From Gammaproteobacteria bacterium (GTDB taxonomy: Bacteria; Pseudomonadota; Gammaproteobacteria; Arenicellales; Poriferihabitantaceae): a stretch of DNA of 64,000 nt. The notes below the pieces were generated by a model. The model saw nothing but the letters and a program-made list of their open reading frames with translations. It was not told the DNA's origin and searched no databases. The stretch is from contig VYFG01000103.1 of NCBI GenBank assembly GCA_009842505.1, forward strand, positions 2,214 through 66,213, written 5' to 3'. This document shows positions 30,671 to 38,996 of this stretch, one piece after another. Made by a program: the position numbers and the translations under genes. Numbering within the stretch: the first letter of the stretch is position 1; each line of letters begins with the position of its first letter.

Positions 30671-32206
30671 TCAGGTCACAGTGAACTGGCCCATCATGCC
30701 CCGGTCCTCATGCTCCAGGATGTGGCAGTGGAACATGTAGGGAAATCGATCGGTCGCGGGATGATCGAAACGAACGACGATTTCCGCCCAGTCGTCGTCA
30801 TCCACTACCACCGTGTCCTTCCATCCTCGCTGGTCGGACGGCGCGGCATCCCCTTCCATCGCCTCGATCAGGAATGAACAGCCGTGCACGTGAAAGGGGT
30901 GTGCGCCCTGGTTGGACCGGATGCGCCAGCGTTCCCAGACACCGAGCTTCACCCGTTCGTTAATGACGCCCATGTCCATGGCCGCGCCGTTGATGTTCAT
31001 ATCCATCATGGCGTGACCTTCCTGTTTGCCATGACCGCCAGCATCGTCCTCCATGGTGAGCATGAAGTCGCGGGTGCGCACGATCTCGTTTTCCCTGGGG
31101 CGGGCAATCGCAACCATCCGTTCAGGTAATGGCGCAGTCTGTGCTGGCAGCGTTCCATCGACTTTCAGGGTCAACGATGCCTGTGGTACGGAGTCCGCGG
31201 TCCGGCCCAGCATGTCCAGCAGGCTTCTGAAGATACCTTCCATGCCATCAACGCCATCATCGCCATCATCGTCATCGTCATCGTCGTCATCATCGAATTC
31301 ATCCTCGAACAGGGTCAGCAGTTCGGCGGATTTTCCATTCGCCATGTCAACGATGATTTCGCACCGCTCTCCGGGCGCCATCTCCATCATGGTCAAGGGC
31401 ACCGGGGATTCCAGGAAGCCGCCGTCGCTGGCAATCTTGTAAAAGGTGCGACTGTCCGCAAAGCCAACCAGGTAAAAGCGGGCATTGGCGCCATTCAGCA
31501 GCCGCAGCCGTACCTTACCGGCCGGGACCGATGCGACCGGGTTGATCGCCCCGTTGATCACGACGGTCTCGCCAAGCCAGCCGTCTTCCCCCGCATCATT
31601 CAGTGAATAGACCAGCCGGCCCTGCGCATCGAAGGTCCGGTCCTGGATGATGACAGGCAGATCGTCAACGCCGTATTGCCGGGGGAGATCCATCGAATCG
31701 GAAACATCGTCATCAATGATGATCAAGCCGGCCAGGCCGTGATAGACCTGATGGCCGGTCCTGCCGTGCGTATGGGCGTGGTACCAGCATGTGGCCGCCG
31801 GCTGCACAATGGACAGGGCGGGCCTCCACCGGTCTCCTGGAGCGATTTCCCGCTGCGGCCCGCCGTCGACATCGCCGGGAACGTGCAGGCCGTGACCGTG
31901 AACGGCCACGCCTTCCGCCAGGGTGTTCCGGTACCGCAGGTTGAGTTCGCTGTTCTGCCGGGTCCGGATAGTTGGCCCCAGAAAATCCTGGTTAAACCCC
32001 AGGGTCGGCGTCCTGACACCCGGTTTGAACGACCATTCGCCACGGCGTATCCGCAGGTCAACCGGCGCCCCCCCGGTTCCGTCAACCAGTGCCGGTATCG
32101 GCAGGCCGGGAGGCATGGCCTTCGACCAGGCGGGATGAAAACAGCCGGCGCCCAGCAGGGCAGCGCTGCCGGCAAGAAACCGCCTCCGGGAAAACGTAAG
32201 AGACAT
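30671..32206 (-). CDS. multicopper oxidase (CueO-like), Tat-exported
   Basis: Tat signal SRRRFLAGSAALLGA and Cu-binding motifs HGHGLH, WYHAHTH, HPFHVHG and FHCHILEHEDRGMM. Confidence 0.9.
   Translation of the reverse strand: MSLTFSRRRFLAGSAALLGAGCFHPAWSKAMPPGLPIPALVDGTGGAPVDLRIRRGEWSFKPGVRTPTLGFNQDFLGPTIRTRQNSELNLRYRNTLAEGVAVHGHGLHVPGDVDGGPQREIAPGDRWRPALSIVQPAATCWYHAHTHGRTGHQVYHGLAGLIIIDDDVSDSMDLPRQYGVDDLPVIIQDRTFDAQGRLVYSLNDAGEDGWLGETVVINGAINPVASVPAGKVRLRLLNGANARFYLVGFADSRTFYKIASDGGFLESPVPLTMMEMAPGERCEIIVDMANGKSAELLTLFEDEFDDDDDDDDDDGDDGVDGMEGIFRSLLDMLGRTADSVPQASLTLKVDGTLPAQTAPLPERMVAIARPRENEIVRTRDFMLTMEDDAGGHGKQEGHAMMDMNINGAAMDMGVINERVKLGVWERWRIRSNQGAHPFHVHGCSFLIEAMEGDAAPSDQRGWKDTVVVDDDDWAEIVVRFDHPATDRFPYMFHCHILEHEDRGMMGQFTVT
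31265..31294 (-). repeat. uninterrupted run of 10 Asp codons (GAT/GAC) inside the multicopper oxidase, within a wider acidic segment EDEFD10GDDGVDG
   Basis: Read directly: the + strand atcatcgtcatcgtcatcgtcgtcatcatc is the reverse complement of 10 Asp codons. Confidence 0.95.
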
Positions 32207-32429
32207 ATCAGCCCTCGTCTATTCCATGTTTGTCAGAAGACGAACTGAAAACCATCCGTCATCTTGCAGGTTCCGGCCACCGGGGTGATGGCCATATTGG
32301 CTATTATTGTGCCTTGAATCGACCCGAACAATCGATCGGGCAAATGCCGGACCCGGCGGCCCGGGACATCCTACATTCGTCCAATAATTGTGAAGATCTT
32401 GTTCATATACAACCTGCAGGAATCACACC

Positions 32430-32954
32430 ATGTCCGATGCGATAGAGAAAATACCCTACCGGCGAACGGTGTTTGCGGTTTTCGTGCTGTTCGTCTTCGG
32501 CACCAGCACGGCCGAAATTGTCGTCGAGTTCGCTGCCGGAGAGACGCTGGGTGCCATGGGGGATGACCTGTCCCGGCTCGCCCTCAGCGTCGTCATGCTG
32601 GCGCTGTTCCTATACGAGTACCTCGTGCAGCGCCGGGCGCTCGGTGAACTGCGCGGACAGCTCAACAAGGCTCGCGGACAGCTTGCCCGGCTCGACACCG
32701 GATCGAGGAACCTCGCCAGTCAGTACCGTGCCGTGATGCAAAAGCAGTTTGATGCCTGGCAGCTGACGGCGAGCGAGCAGGACGTGGTCATCGGGATGCT
32801 GAAGGGGCTGTCCTTCCGGGAGATCGCGGAACTGCGGGAAACGCGCGAGAAAACAGTGCGCCAACAGGCGTCCAGCGTCTACCAGAAAGCCGGGGTGAAC
32901 AGTCGAAACGAACTGGCCGCCTGGTTTTTCGAGGATATGCTGGAACCTCCATAA
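32430..32954 (+). CDS. membrane-anchored LuxR/FixJ-type HTH transcriptional regulator
   Basis: Two hydrophobic segments (TVFAVFVLFVFG, LALSVVMLALFLY), a coiled-coil-like linker and a C-terminal LuxR HTH LTASEQDVVIGMLKGLSFREIAELRETREKTVRQQASSVYQKAGV.SRNEL. Confidence 0.8.
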   Translation: MSDAIEKIPYRRTVFAVFVLFVFGTSTAEIVVEFAAGETLGAMGDDLSRLALSVVMLALFLYEYLVQRRALGELRGQLNKARGQLARLDTGSRNLASQYRAVMQKQFDAWQLTASEQDVVIGMLKGLSFREIAELRETREKTVRQQASSVYQKAGVNSRNELAAWFFEDMLEPP

Positions 32955-33061
32955 CTTGGCCGGATGTACCGAGGCGGATGTTCGGAAACCACGTCTCTCA
33001 TCTGCCGGATGGGCGGGGGACATGCAATACTGACCCGCATCGGGTGACCGTCCCACCTTCA

Positions 33062-33090
33062 TTGTGACGAACATTTATGCCACCTATAAT
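33062..33090 (+). promoter_or_regulatory. near-consensus sigma70-type promoter TTGTGA-N17-TATAAT upstream of the MazG-like gene
   Basis: TTGTGA at 33062-33067 and TATAAT at 33085-33090, 28 nt before ATG 33118. Confidence 0.5.
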
Positions 33091-33117
33091 CCATCGCAAA
33101 ATTGCCGGCCCGCCACC

Positions 33118-33435
33118 ATGGATCTCGAGAACATCCAGCAGCGCCTGAGGGAGTTTGCACGTGAACGTGATTGGGAGCAGTTCCACTCACCCAAGAACCT
33201 GTCCATGGCGCTGTCCGTGGAAGTCGCGGAGCTCGTCGAGCACTTCCAATGGCTGACTGAACCGCAATCCTCATCCGCCCAGGCAGTGGACCGGGAAGAA
33301 GTGGCCACCGAAATCGCGGACATCCAGATTTTCCTGATCATGCTTGCCGACAAGCTCGGCGTGGATATTGAACAGGCCGTGCACGCGAAGATCGAAGCAA
33401 ACGCGATCAAGTACCCGCCAACAGTTGTCTCGTAA
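33118..33435 (+). CDS. MazG-like nucleotide pyrophosphohydrolase (small all-alpha NTP-PPase)
   Basis: LREFARERDWEQFHSPKNLSMALSVEVAELVEHFQW...EEVATEIADIQIFLIMLADKLGVD matches the small MazG/YpjD-type family, including acidic EXXE-type helices. I chose ATG 33118 because track start 33064 overlaps the promoter. Confidence 0.82.
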   Translation: MDLENIQQRLREFARERDWEQFHSPKNLSMALSVEVAELVEHFQWLTEPQSSSAQAVDREEVATEIADIQIFLIMLADKLGVDIEQAVHAKIEANAIKYPPTVVS

Positions 33436-33456
33436 TCACGCTGGTTTCCTGAGCTC

Positions 33457-35331
33457 GTGATCGTCTACTCCGCGACCCGGAGAGAATTCTCCGACGACGT
33501 AAGATCCAACCGGATCGAGGAACGGATCCTCGACAGATTCCTGTCACGGCTGGGCCACAGGCCATCCGCCTCCGAGATACATTCCTGGCGGAACTCCCTG
33601 CAGCAGATGCACAATGCGCTGGACATCGGGGAGATTCCGGATGACGCAGGCGTGGCGATCGAATACCGCATCCCCCTCACCTCCAGGCGGGTTGACTTCA
33701 TGCTGTCCGGCATCGACTCGAATGATCGCGACTCGGTCATCATCGTCGAGCTGAAGCAATGGTCCGATGTCGAAAAGACCGGGAAGGACGCAATCGTCAG
33801 GACATGGCTCGGAGGGTCGCTCCGGGAAGTCACGCATCCGTCATACCAGGCTTGGACCTACGCGGCACTGATCCAGGACTTCAATGTCGAGATCCAGGAC
33901 AGCAACATCTCGCTGCGGCCCTGCGCCTATCTCCACAATTGCACCGATCCAATCGTGATCAGGTCGGACTTCTATCGCGAACACCTGTGCCGTGCTCCCG
34001 TGTTCCTGAGGAATGATGTCGAGGACCTGGCAGCCTTCCTGAAGAAGTTCGTACGGAAGGGAGACCGGTCCGGGATTCTCTACAGGATCGAGGGCGGCCG
34101 CCTCAGACCATCCAAGAACCTCGCGGACCACCTTGCATCCCTGCTGGACGGCAACCGCGAGTTCACAATGATCGATCACCAGAAGATCGTCTACGAGACC
34201 GCCCTGGACCTCATGAAGCGAGTGGAGGACTCCGGGAAGCAGGTCCTGCTGGTGGAAGGGGGCCCCGGAACAGGCAAGTCGGTCGTGGCGGTGAACCTCC
34301 TGGTCGAGCTCACGACTAGAGGACTTGTGACCCACTACGTGTCGCGCAATGCAGCGCCAAGGGCGGTTTACGAGAGCAGGCTTTCCGGAACGCTTTCCAA
34401 GACGCGAATCACCAACCTGTTCAAGGGTTCCGGCGCGTATGTTGACTGCGAGCCCGGAACCATCGATTGCCTGATCGTGGACGAGGCGCACCGGCTCAAT
34501 GAAAAGTCAGGCTTCTATCAGAACCAGGGGGATAACCAGATCAGGGAGATCATTCGTGCGGCCGGGCTTTCCATCTTCTTTCTGGACCAGGATCAGCGGG
34601 TCACGTTGAAGGACATTGGCGAGCGGTCTGAAATCAGGCGCCATGCGGCGGCGGCCGGGGCCTGCCTGACCGAACTCCAGTTGCTGTCCCAATTCCGGTG
34701 CAACGGTTCGGACGGCTACCTTTCGTGGGTCAACAGCGCTCTTCAGATCGAGGAAACAGCGAACCCGACCCTGGATGGGATCGACTTTGACTTTCGGGTC
34801 TTCGATTCGCCAAACGAAATGAGGGACGAAATCGTCCGGCTGAACCGGGACAGGAACAAGTCACGCATGGTGGCCGGCTATTGCTGGGACTGGGAGAGCA
34901 AGAAAAATCCCGGGGTCATGGATGTCGCCATCCCCGAACACGGGTTCGAGATGCGATGGAACCTCGATTCGGACGGTTCCCTTTGGATCATCCAGGACGA
35001 CAGTGTGAAGGAAATTGGCTGCATCCATACCTGCCAGGGCCTTGAACTGGATTACGTGGGCGTGATTTTCGGAGAAGATTTCATTGTCCGGAACGGAAAG
35101 GTTGAAACGGACGCTCGCAGGCGGTCGAAGAATGACAGTTCGGTTCGCGGCTACAAGAAGATGCTCCGGGAGAACCCGGCTAAAGCCAAGGCGTTGGCCG
35201 ACCGGGTCATCAAGAACACCTACCGCACTCTGATGACCAGGGGACAGAAGGGTTGCTTCCTGTTCTGTGTGGACCAGGAGACAAACGAGTACTTCCGGAA
35301 TTTCGTAGAGGAAAAACACGGAAACCGGTAG
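33457..35331 (+). CDS. DUF2075 protein: N-terminal PD-(D/E)xK-like module plus P-loop/DEAH helicase-like ATPase (Schlafen group-3-like helicase domain)
   Basis: RRVDFML...VIIVELKQW (D80, E98, K100), Walker A GGPGTGKS (nt 34258-34281), DEAH (nt 34480-34491), QFRCNGS, YCWDW, HTCQGLELDYVGVI and YRTLMTRG. GTG 33457 is the only available start. It shares the MazG frame, 7 codons after the MazG TAA. Confidence 0.85.
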   Translation: MIVYSATRREFSDDVRSNRIEERILDRFLSRLGHRPSASEIHSWRNSLQQMHNALDIGEIPDDAGVAIEYRIPLTSRRVDFMLSGIDSNDRDSVIIVELKQWSDVEKTGKDAIVRTWLGGSLREVTHPSYQAWTYAALIQDFNVEIQDSNISLRPCAYLHNCTDPIVIRSDFYREHLCRAPVFLRNDVEDLAAFLKKFVRKGDRSGILYRIEGGRLRPSKNLADHLASLLDGNREFTMIDHQKIVYETALDLMKRVEDSGKQVLLVEGGPGTGKSVVAVNLLVELTTRGLVTHYVSRNAAPRAVYESRLSGTLSKTRITNLFKGSGAYVDCEPGTIDCLIVDEAHRLNEKSGFYQNQGDNQIREIIRAAGLSIFFLDQDQRVTLKDIGERSEIRRHAAAAGACLTELQLLSQFRCNGSDGYLSWVNSALQIEETANPTLDGIDFDFRVFDSPNEMRDEIVRLNRDRNKSRMVAGYCWDWESKKNPGVMDVAIPEHGFEMRWNLDSDGSLWIIQDDSVKEIGCIHTCQGLELDYVGVIFGEDFIVRNGKVETDARRRSKNDSSVRGYKKMLRENPAKAKALADRVIKNTYRTLMTRGQKGCFLFCVDQETNEYFRNFVEEKHGNR

Positions 35332-35583
35332 CGTCCAAATGTCATAGACCCAAGAAACTGACCTGCCACCCTGCGAATCCTGAATTCATCGATGTCCTCT
35401 GCGTTCCCGCACCAACACCGGAATATTCGCGCCGATAATCCGTGATTGGCATGTCGAAGCCACGCAACTGAAGAGTGCATGACAGGTCCACCAACTGGAC
35501 TTCGACCTCCCCGTCCAGTACGCTGGAACGCTCGCGACTGCCCCGTATTCCCTCCACCAAGATTTAAGGTATTGAGGACACCC

Positions 35584-35946
35584 ATGGATAACGCAGCCAT
35601 GAACCACTACACGCCTGACTACACGATCACTCCCGGTGAGGTGTTGGGCCACGAGCTCGAGCAGCGCAACATGAGTCGAACCGAACTGGCCAAGCGCACG
35701 GGCTTAAGCGATAAGCAAATTATTGCCATCCTCAAGGGCAAGGGCAAGGGCAAGGGCAAGGGCAAGGGCAAGGGCAAAGTCATTATCACGCTTGAAACCG
35801 CCATCAAGCTGGAGCGTGCTCTGGGTATGCCAGTCGAGTACTGGCTCAATCTGGAGGTCCACTACCAGAAGACCCGCGCTCGGCTGGCCGAAGAGGTCAA
35901 ACTGGAAAATGACCTCCCTTGGGAACGACCTTCTGTTTCATTGTGA
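35584..35946 (+). CDS. higA: HigA-family (XRE HTH) antitoxin-like protein with an internal (Gly-Lys)7 repeat
   Basis: ITPGEVLGHELEQRNMSRTELAKRTGLSDKQIIAILKGK...VIITLETAIKLERALGMPVEYWLNLE matches the HigA antidote family. A GAGGA Shine-Dalgarno lies 6 nt upstream of ATG 35584. Confidence 0.8.
   Translation: MDNAAMNHYTPDYTITPGEVLGHELEQRNMSRTELAKRTGLSDKQIIAILKGKGKGKGKGKGKGKVIITLETAIKLERALGMPVEYWLNLEVHYQKTRARLAEEVKLENDLPWERPSVSL
35737..35778 (+). repeat. hexanucleotide tandem repeat: GGCAAG x6 plus GGCAAA
   Basis: Read directly from the sequence. It is in frame and encodes GKGKGKGKGKGKGK inside the HigA HTH region. Confidence 0.97.
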
Positions 35947-35966
35947 ATTTCGGTGCCTTGATTTCG

Positions 35967-36806
35967 TCAGTTTGCCACAGCAGCTATCTGTATGTCCCTT
36001 TTGTGCCTGGACTCCTGCTTTTTCATGGCGACCATGGCCAGGACAACCCCGGTGGCAACGATTGCAATGATGATGGTTGCAAGTGCGTTCACATCCGGAC
36101 TGACTCCAAGTTTGACCTTGGAAAAAATGACCATGGGCAATGTGCTTGAGCCCGGTCCTGAGACGAAGCTTGCAATTACCAGGTCGTCGATTGACAGAGT
36201 AAACGCCAGCAGCCAACCGGAAACCAGGGCCGGGGCCACGATCGGAAGCGTCACTGCAAAAAACACCGTGACGGGCCGCGCCCCCAGGTCCATCGCCGCT
36301 TCTTCCAGTGAGGGGTCCATATCCGACAGTCGAGACTGAACCACCACCGCAACATATGCCATGGAGAATGTGATGTGGGCGATGGTGATGGTGGTGATGC
36401 CGCGGCCGCCCGGCCAACCGACCAGGTCCTGCAAGGCTATGAAAAACAGCAGTAGTGACAGGCCTGTTATTACTTCCGGCATAACCAATGGAGCGGTGGT
36501 CATTCCTGAAAACAGCATCCTGCCCCTGAAGCGCTTCATACGGGCAAGTACAAATCCTGCCAGCATTCCGAAAGCCACCGCAAAACAGGCACTGACAACG
36601 GCAATTCTCAGGCTCAGAAGGGCGGCCTCGATGATTTGTTCGTTTCGAAAGAGCTCGCCGTACCATTTGGTGGAAAATCCTCCCCAAACAGTGACCAGTT
36701 TTGATTTGTTGAATGAAAAGACAATCAGCGAGACGATCGGGATATACAGGAATGCATAGCCAAACGCCATCATCGTCAGGATAAAGTTGAATCGCTTGTT
36801 GAACAT
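35967..36806 (-). CDS. potI: polyamine ABC transporter permease (PotI/PotC-like)
   Basis: MFNKRFNFILTMMAFGYAFLYIPI..L...SFN and the EAA loop EEAAMDLGARP. ATG 36806 abuts the potH stop. Confidence 0.88.
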   Translation of the reverse strand: MFNKRFNFILTMMAFGYAFLYIPIVSLIVFSFNKSKLVTVWGGFSTKWYGELFRNEQIIEAALLSLRIAVVSACFAVAFGMLAGFVLARMKRFRGRMLFSGMTTAPLVMPEVITGLSLLLFFIALQDLVGWPGGRGITTITIAHITFSMAYVAVVVQSRLSDMDPSLEEAAMDLGARPVTVFFAVTLPIVAPALVSGWLLAFTLSIDDLVIASFVSGPGSSTLPMVIFSKVKLGVSPDVNALATIIIAIVATGVVLAMVAMKKQESRHKRDIQIAAVAN

Positions 36807-37792
36807 CAGCTCGCCTCCGACTGTTTGTTCTGGAAATACTGGAAAAACATGATGGGTACTACCAGGAACAAAAGCATCGCAATGGCAACGGCTGACGCCA
36901 AAGGCCAATCGCGGTTATTGAAGAACTCGTCCCACAACACCCGGCCAATCATCAATGTGTCGGGTCCGCCAAGCAGGGCGGGGATTACGAATTCCCCGAC
37001 TGCCGGAATAAACACCAGCATGGATCCCGCGACGATTCCAGGAATCGATAGTGGAAGAGTCACAACGAAAAATGCCTTGATCGGCTTGCAACCCAGGTCG
37101 GAAGCGGCTTCCAGCAGTGTCCCGTCCAGTTTCTCCAGGTTTGCGTAGAGCGGCAGGATCATGAATGGGAGATAGGAATAGATAATGCCAAGGTAGACGG
37201 CAAAATCCGTCTGCATCATCACGATCGGCTCATCAATGATTCCCAGGCCCATCAGAATGTTGTTGAACAGGCCATTGTTTTTCAGAAGCCCGATCCAGGC
37301 ATAAACCCTGAGCAGGAAGGAAGTCCAGAACGGCAGGATGATCAGCATCAGCAGGATATTGCGATTCGCGGGACTGGCCCTCGCAATTCCATAGGCCATG
37401 GGATAGCCGATCAACAGACAGAAGAAAGTCGATATCAGCGCGATCTTTGCCGAGTTGACGTAGGAAAACCAGTAAAGGTCGTCTTCCAGCAGAAACAGGA
37501 AGTTCCCGAAATTCAGGTGCAGGGAAATCAGCCCTTCCTCACCCCACTCGATCAGGTCCGAGTAGGGGGGTATGGCGAGAATCGACTCGGACAGGGATAT
37601 TTTCAGCACGAATGCAAAGGGGATCAAAAAGAAGATCCCCAGCCAGAAAAACGGGATGGAGATCACCCCGGTTCTCCCGGTGATGCCGAGTGCGCCGAAA
37701 ATCGAAACAACGAATCTGCCTACCACAGAATTCGCGAACGGCTCCAGGACGCTGGTGAGCCGTTTCCCCAGGGGGAGATATCCGGCCCTCAT
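36806..37792 (-). CDS. potH: polyamine ABC transporter permease (PotH/PotB-like)
   Basis: Polytopic protein with LLEAASDLGCKPIKAFF (EAA motif). Its ATG overlaps the potG stop (ATGA). Confidence 0.88.
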   Translation of the reverse strand: MRAGYLPLGKRLTSVLEPFANSVVGRFVVSIFGALGITGRTGVISIPFFWLGIFFLIPFAFVLKISLSESILAIPPYSDLIEWGEEGLISLHLNFGNFLFLLEDDLYWFSYVNSAKIALISTFFCLLIGYPMAYGIARASPANRNILLMLIILPFWTSFLLRVYAWIGLLKNNGLFNNILMGLGIIDEPIVMMQTDFAVYLGIIYSYLPFMILPLYANLEKLDGTLLEAASDLGCKPIKAFFVVTLPLSIPGIVAGSMLVFIPAVGEFVIPALLGGPDTLMIGRVLWDEFFNNRDWPLASAVAIAMLLFLVVPIMFFQYFQNKQSEAS

Positions 37793-38928
37793 GACAGCAG
37801 CACCAGCCCGCTCTTGGGCTTCCAGCTGACATACACCTGCTCATCCCAATCGAATTGCTCAGTGTCCCGGTCAAGATTGGGCAACGTGGCCTTGACGATC
37901 TTTCCGCTTTTCAATCGAACCCGGTAAACGGAAAGATTCCCCATGTAGGCAACTTCGTCGATTATCCCTTCCGCGACGTTGTCGGCCTGGTCCGGCCTGT
38001 TTCGGGTCAATTTCATTTTTTCCGGGCGGACAGCGACACCGACGCGGGACCCCTCGGTGACAGCGACTCCATGGTCAATGTACAAGGTAGCGTCCGTATC
38101 CTCCGACTGGATTCGCACGTGATCCGCCTCATCTTCAACGACGTTGCCGTCGAATAGATTGATTGATCCTATGAAGTCCGCCACGTACCGGGTTCCCGGG
38201 TACTCGTAGATTTCATTGGGCGTTCCGACCTGGACGATTTTTCCGGAATCCATGATGCCGATACGCGAAGAAAGGGTCATGGCCTCTTCCTGGTCATGAG
38301 TGACCACCACGAAGGTAATGCCCAGTTCCTCCTGCAGATTCATCAGTTCAAACTGCGTGTTCTCCCGCAGTTTCTTGTCGAGCGCGCCGAGCGGTTCGTC
38401 AAGCAGGAGCAGCTTCGGCTGCTTGATCAAGGAACGTGCGAGAGCGACCCGCTGGCGCTGGCCGCCGGAAAGCTGGTGAGGTTTTCGTTTTGCGAAGTCC
38501 TCAAGCTTCACGAGCTCGAGCATGTCCGCAACCCGTTTCCTGATTTCCCCCTTGTGCATGCCATCCTGATGCAAGCCAAAGGCAACGTTCTTCTCGATGG
38601 TCATATGCGGAAACAGGGCATAGGACTGGAACATCATGTTCACCGGACGGTCATAGGGATAGATGCCGGCCATGTCCTGACCATCGAGCAGAATCCTTCC
38701 GGAAGTCGGATTTTCAAATCCTGCCAGCATTCGAAGAAGAGTGGACTTGCCGCAGCCGGACCCGCCCAACAGACAAAACAGCTCGTTCTTGTAGATCTTC
38801 AGGGAAACGTTGTCCACAGCGGTAAAGTCGCCGAATTTCTTGGTTATGTTTTCTATGCTGATGTAGGGATCGGCATATGGATCGTTCCATGGTGATTTCG
38901 ATTTATCCTTGGTGTTATCAGATGCCAT
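37789..38928 (-). CDS. potG: putrescine/spermidine ABC transporter ATP-binding protein
   Basis: Walker A GGSGCGKST, LSGGQRQRVALAR, Walker B LLLDEP and a C-terminal TOBE-like region. Confidence 0.92.
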   Translation of the reverse strand: MASDNTKDKSKSPWNDPYADPYISIENITKKFGDFTAVDNVSLKIYKNELFCLLGGSGCGKSTLLRMLAGFENPTSGRILLDGQDMAGIYPYDRPVNMMFQSYALFPHMTIEKNVAFGLHQDGMHKGEIRKRVADMLELVKLEDFAKRKPHQLSGGQRQRVALARSLIKQPKLLLLDEPLGALDKKLRENTQFELMNLQEELGITFVVVTHDQEEAMTLSSRIGIMDSGKIVQVGTPNEIYEYPGTRYVADFIGSINLFDGNVVEDEADHVRIQSEDTDATLYIDHGVAVTEGSRVGVAVRPEKMKLTRNRPDQADNVAEGIIDEVAYMGNLSVYRVRLKSGKIVKATLPNLDRDTEQFDWDEQVYVSWKPKSGLVLLS

Positions 38929-38952
38929 CTTCTTTATCCTCCAGGGAAAGTG

Positions 38953-38984
38953 GGCAGGGATCCTGAAGCATCAGGATCCCTGCC
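38953..38984 (-). promoter_or_regulatory. perfect 14-bp stem / 4-nt loop hairpin between potF and potG
   Basis: GGCAGGGATCCTGA-agca-TCAGGATCCCTGCC read directly. It begins 13 nt after the potF stop and has no U-tract. Confidence 0.5.
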
Positions 38985-38996
38985 GGTTGACTGGGA

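Noticed and set aside
35340-35583. A HigB/RelE-type toxin gene upstream of higA
   Set aside because: No open frame of useful length; all three forward frames carry stops. Only faint resemblance (IIRDWHV, VHQLDFD) to the HigB C-terminus. It is too weak to annotate even as a pseudogene, so it is mentioned only inside the HigA finding.
35737-35778. Possible CRISPR-like or other array from the GGCAAG repeats
   Set aside because: The unit is 6 nt with no spacers and lies in frame inside a CDS. It is a coding microsatellite, not a CRISPR array.
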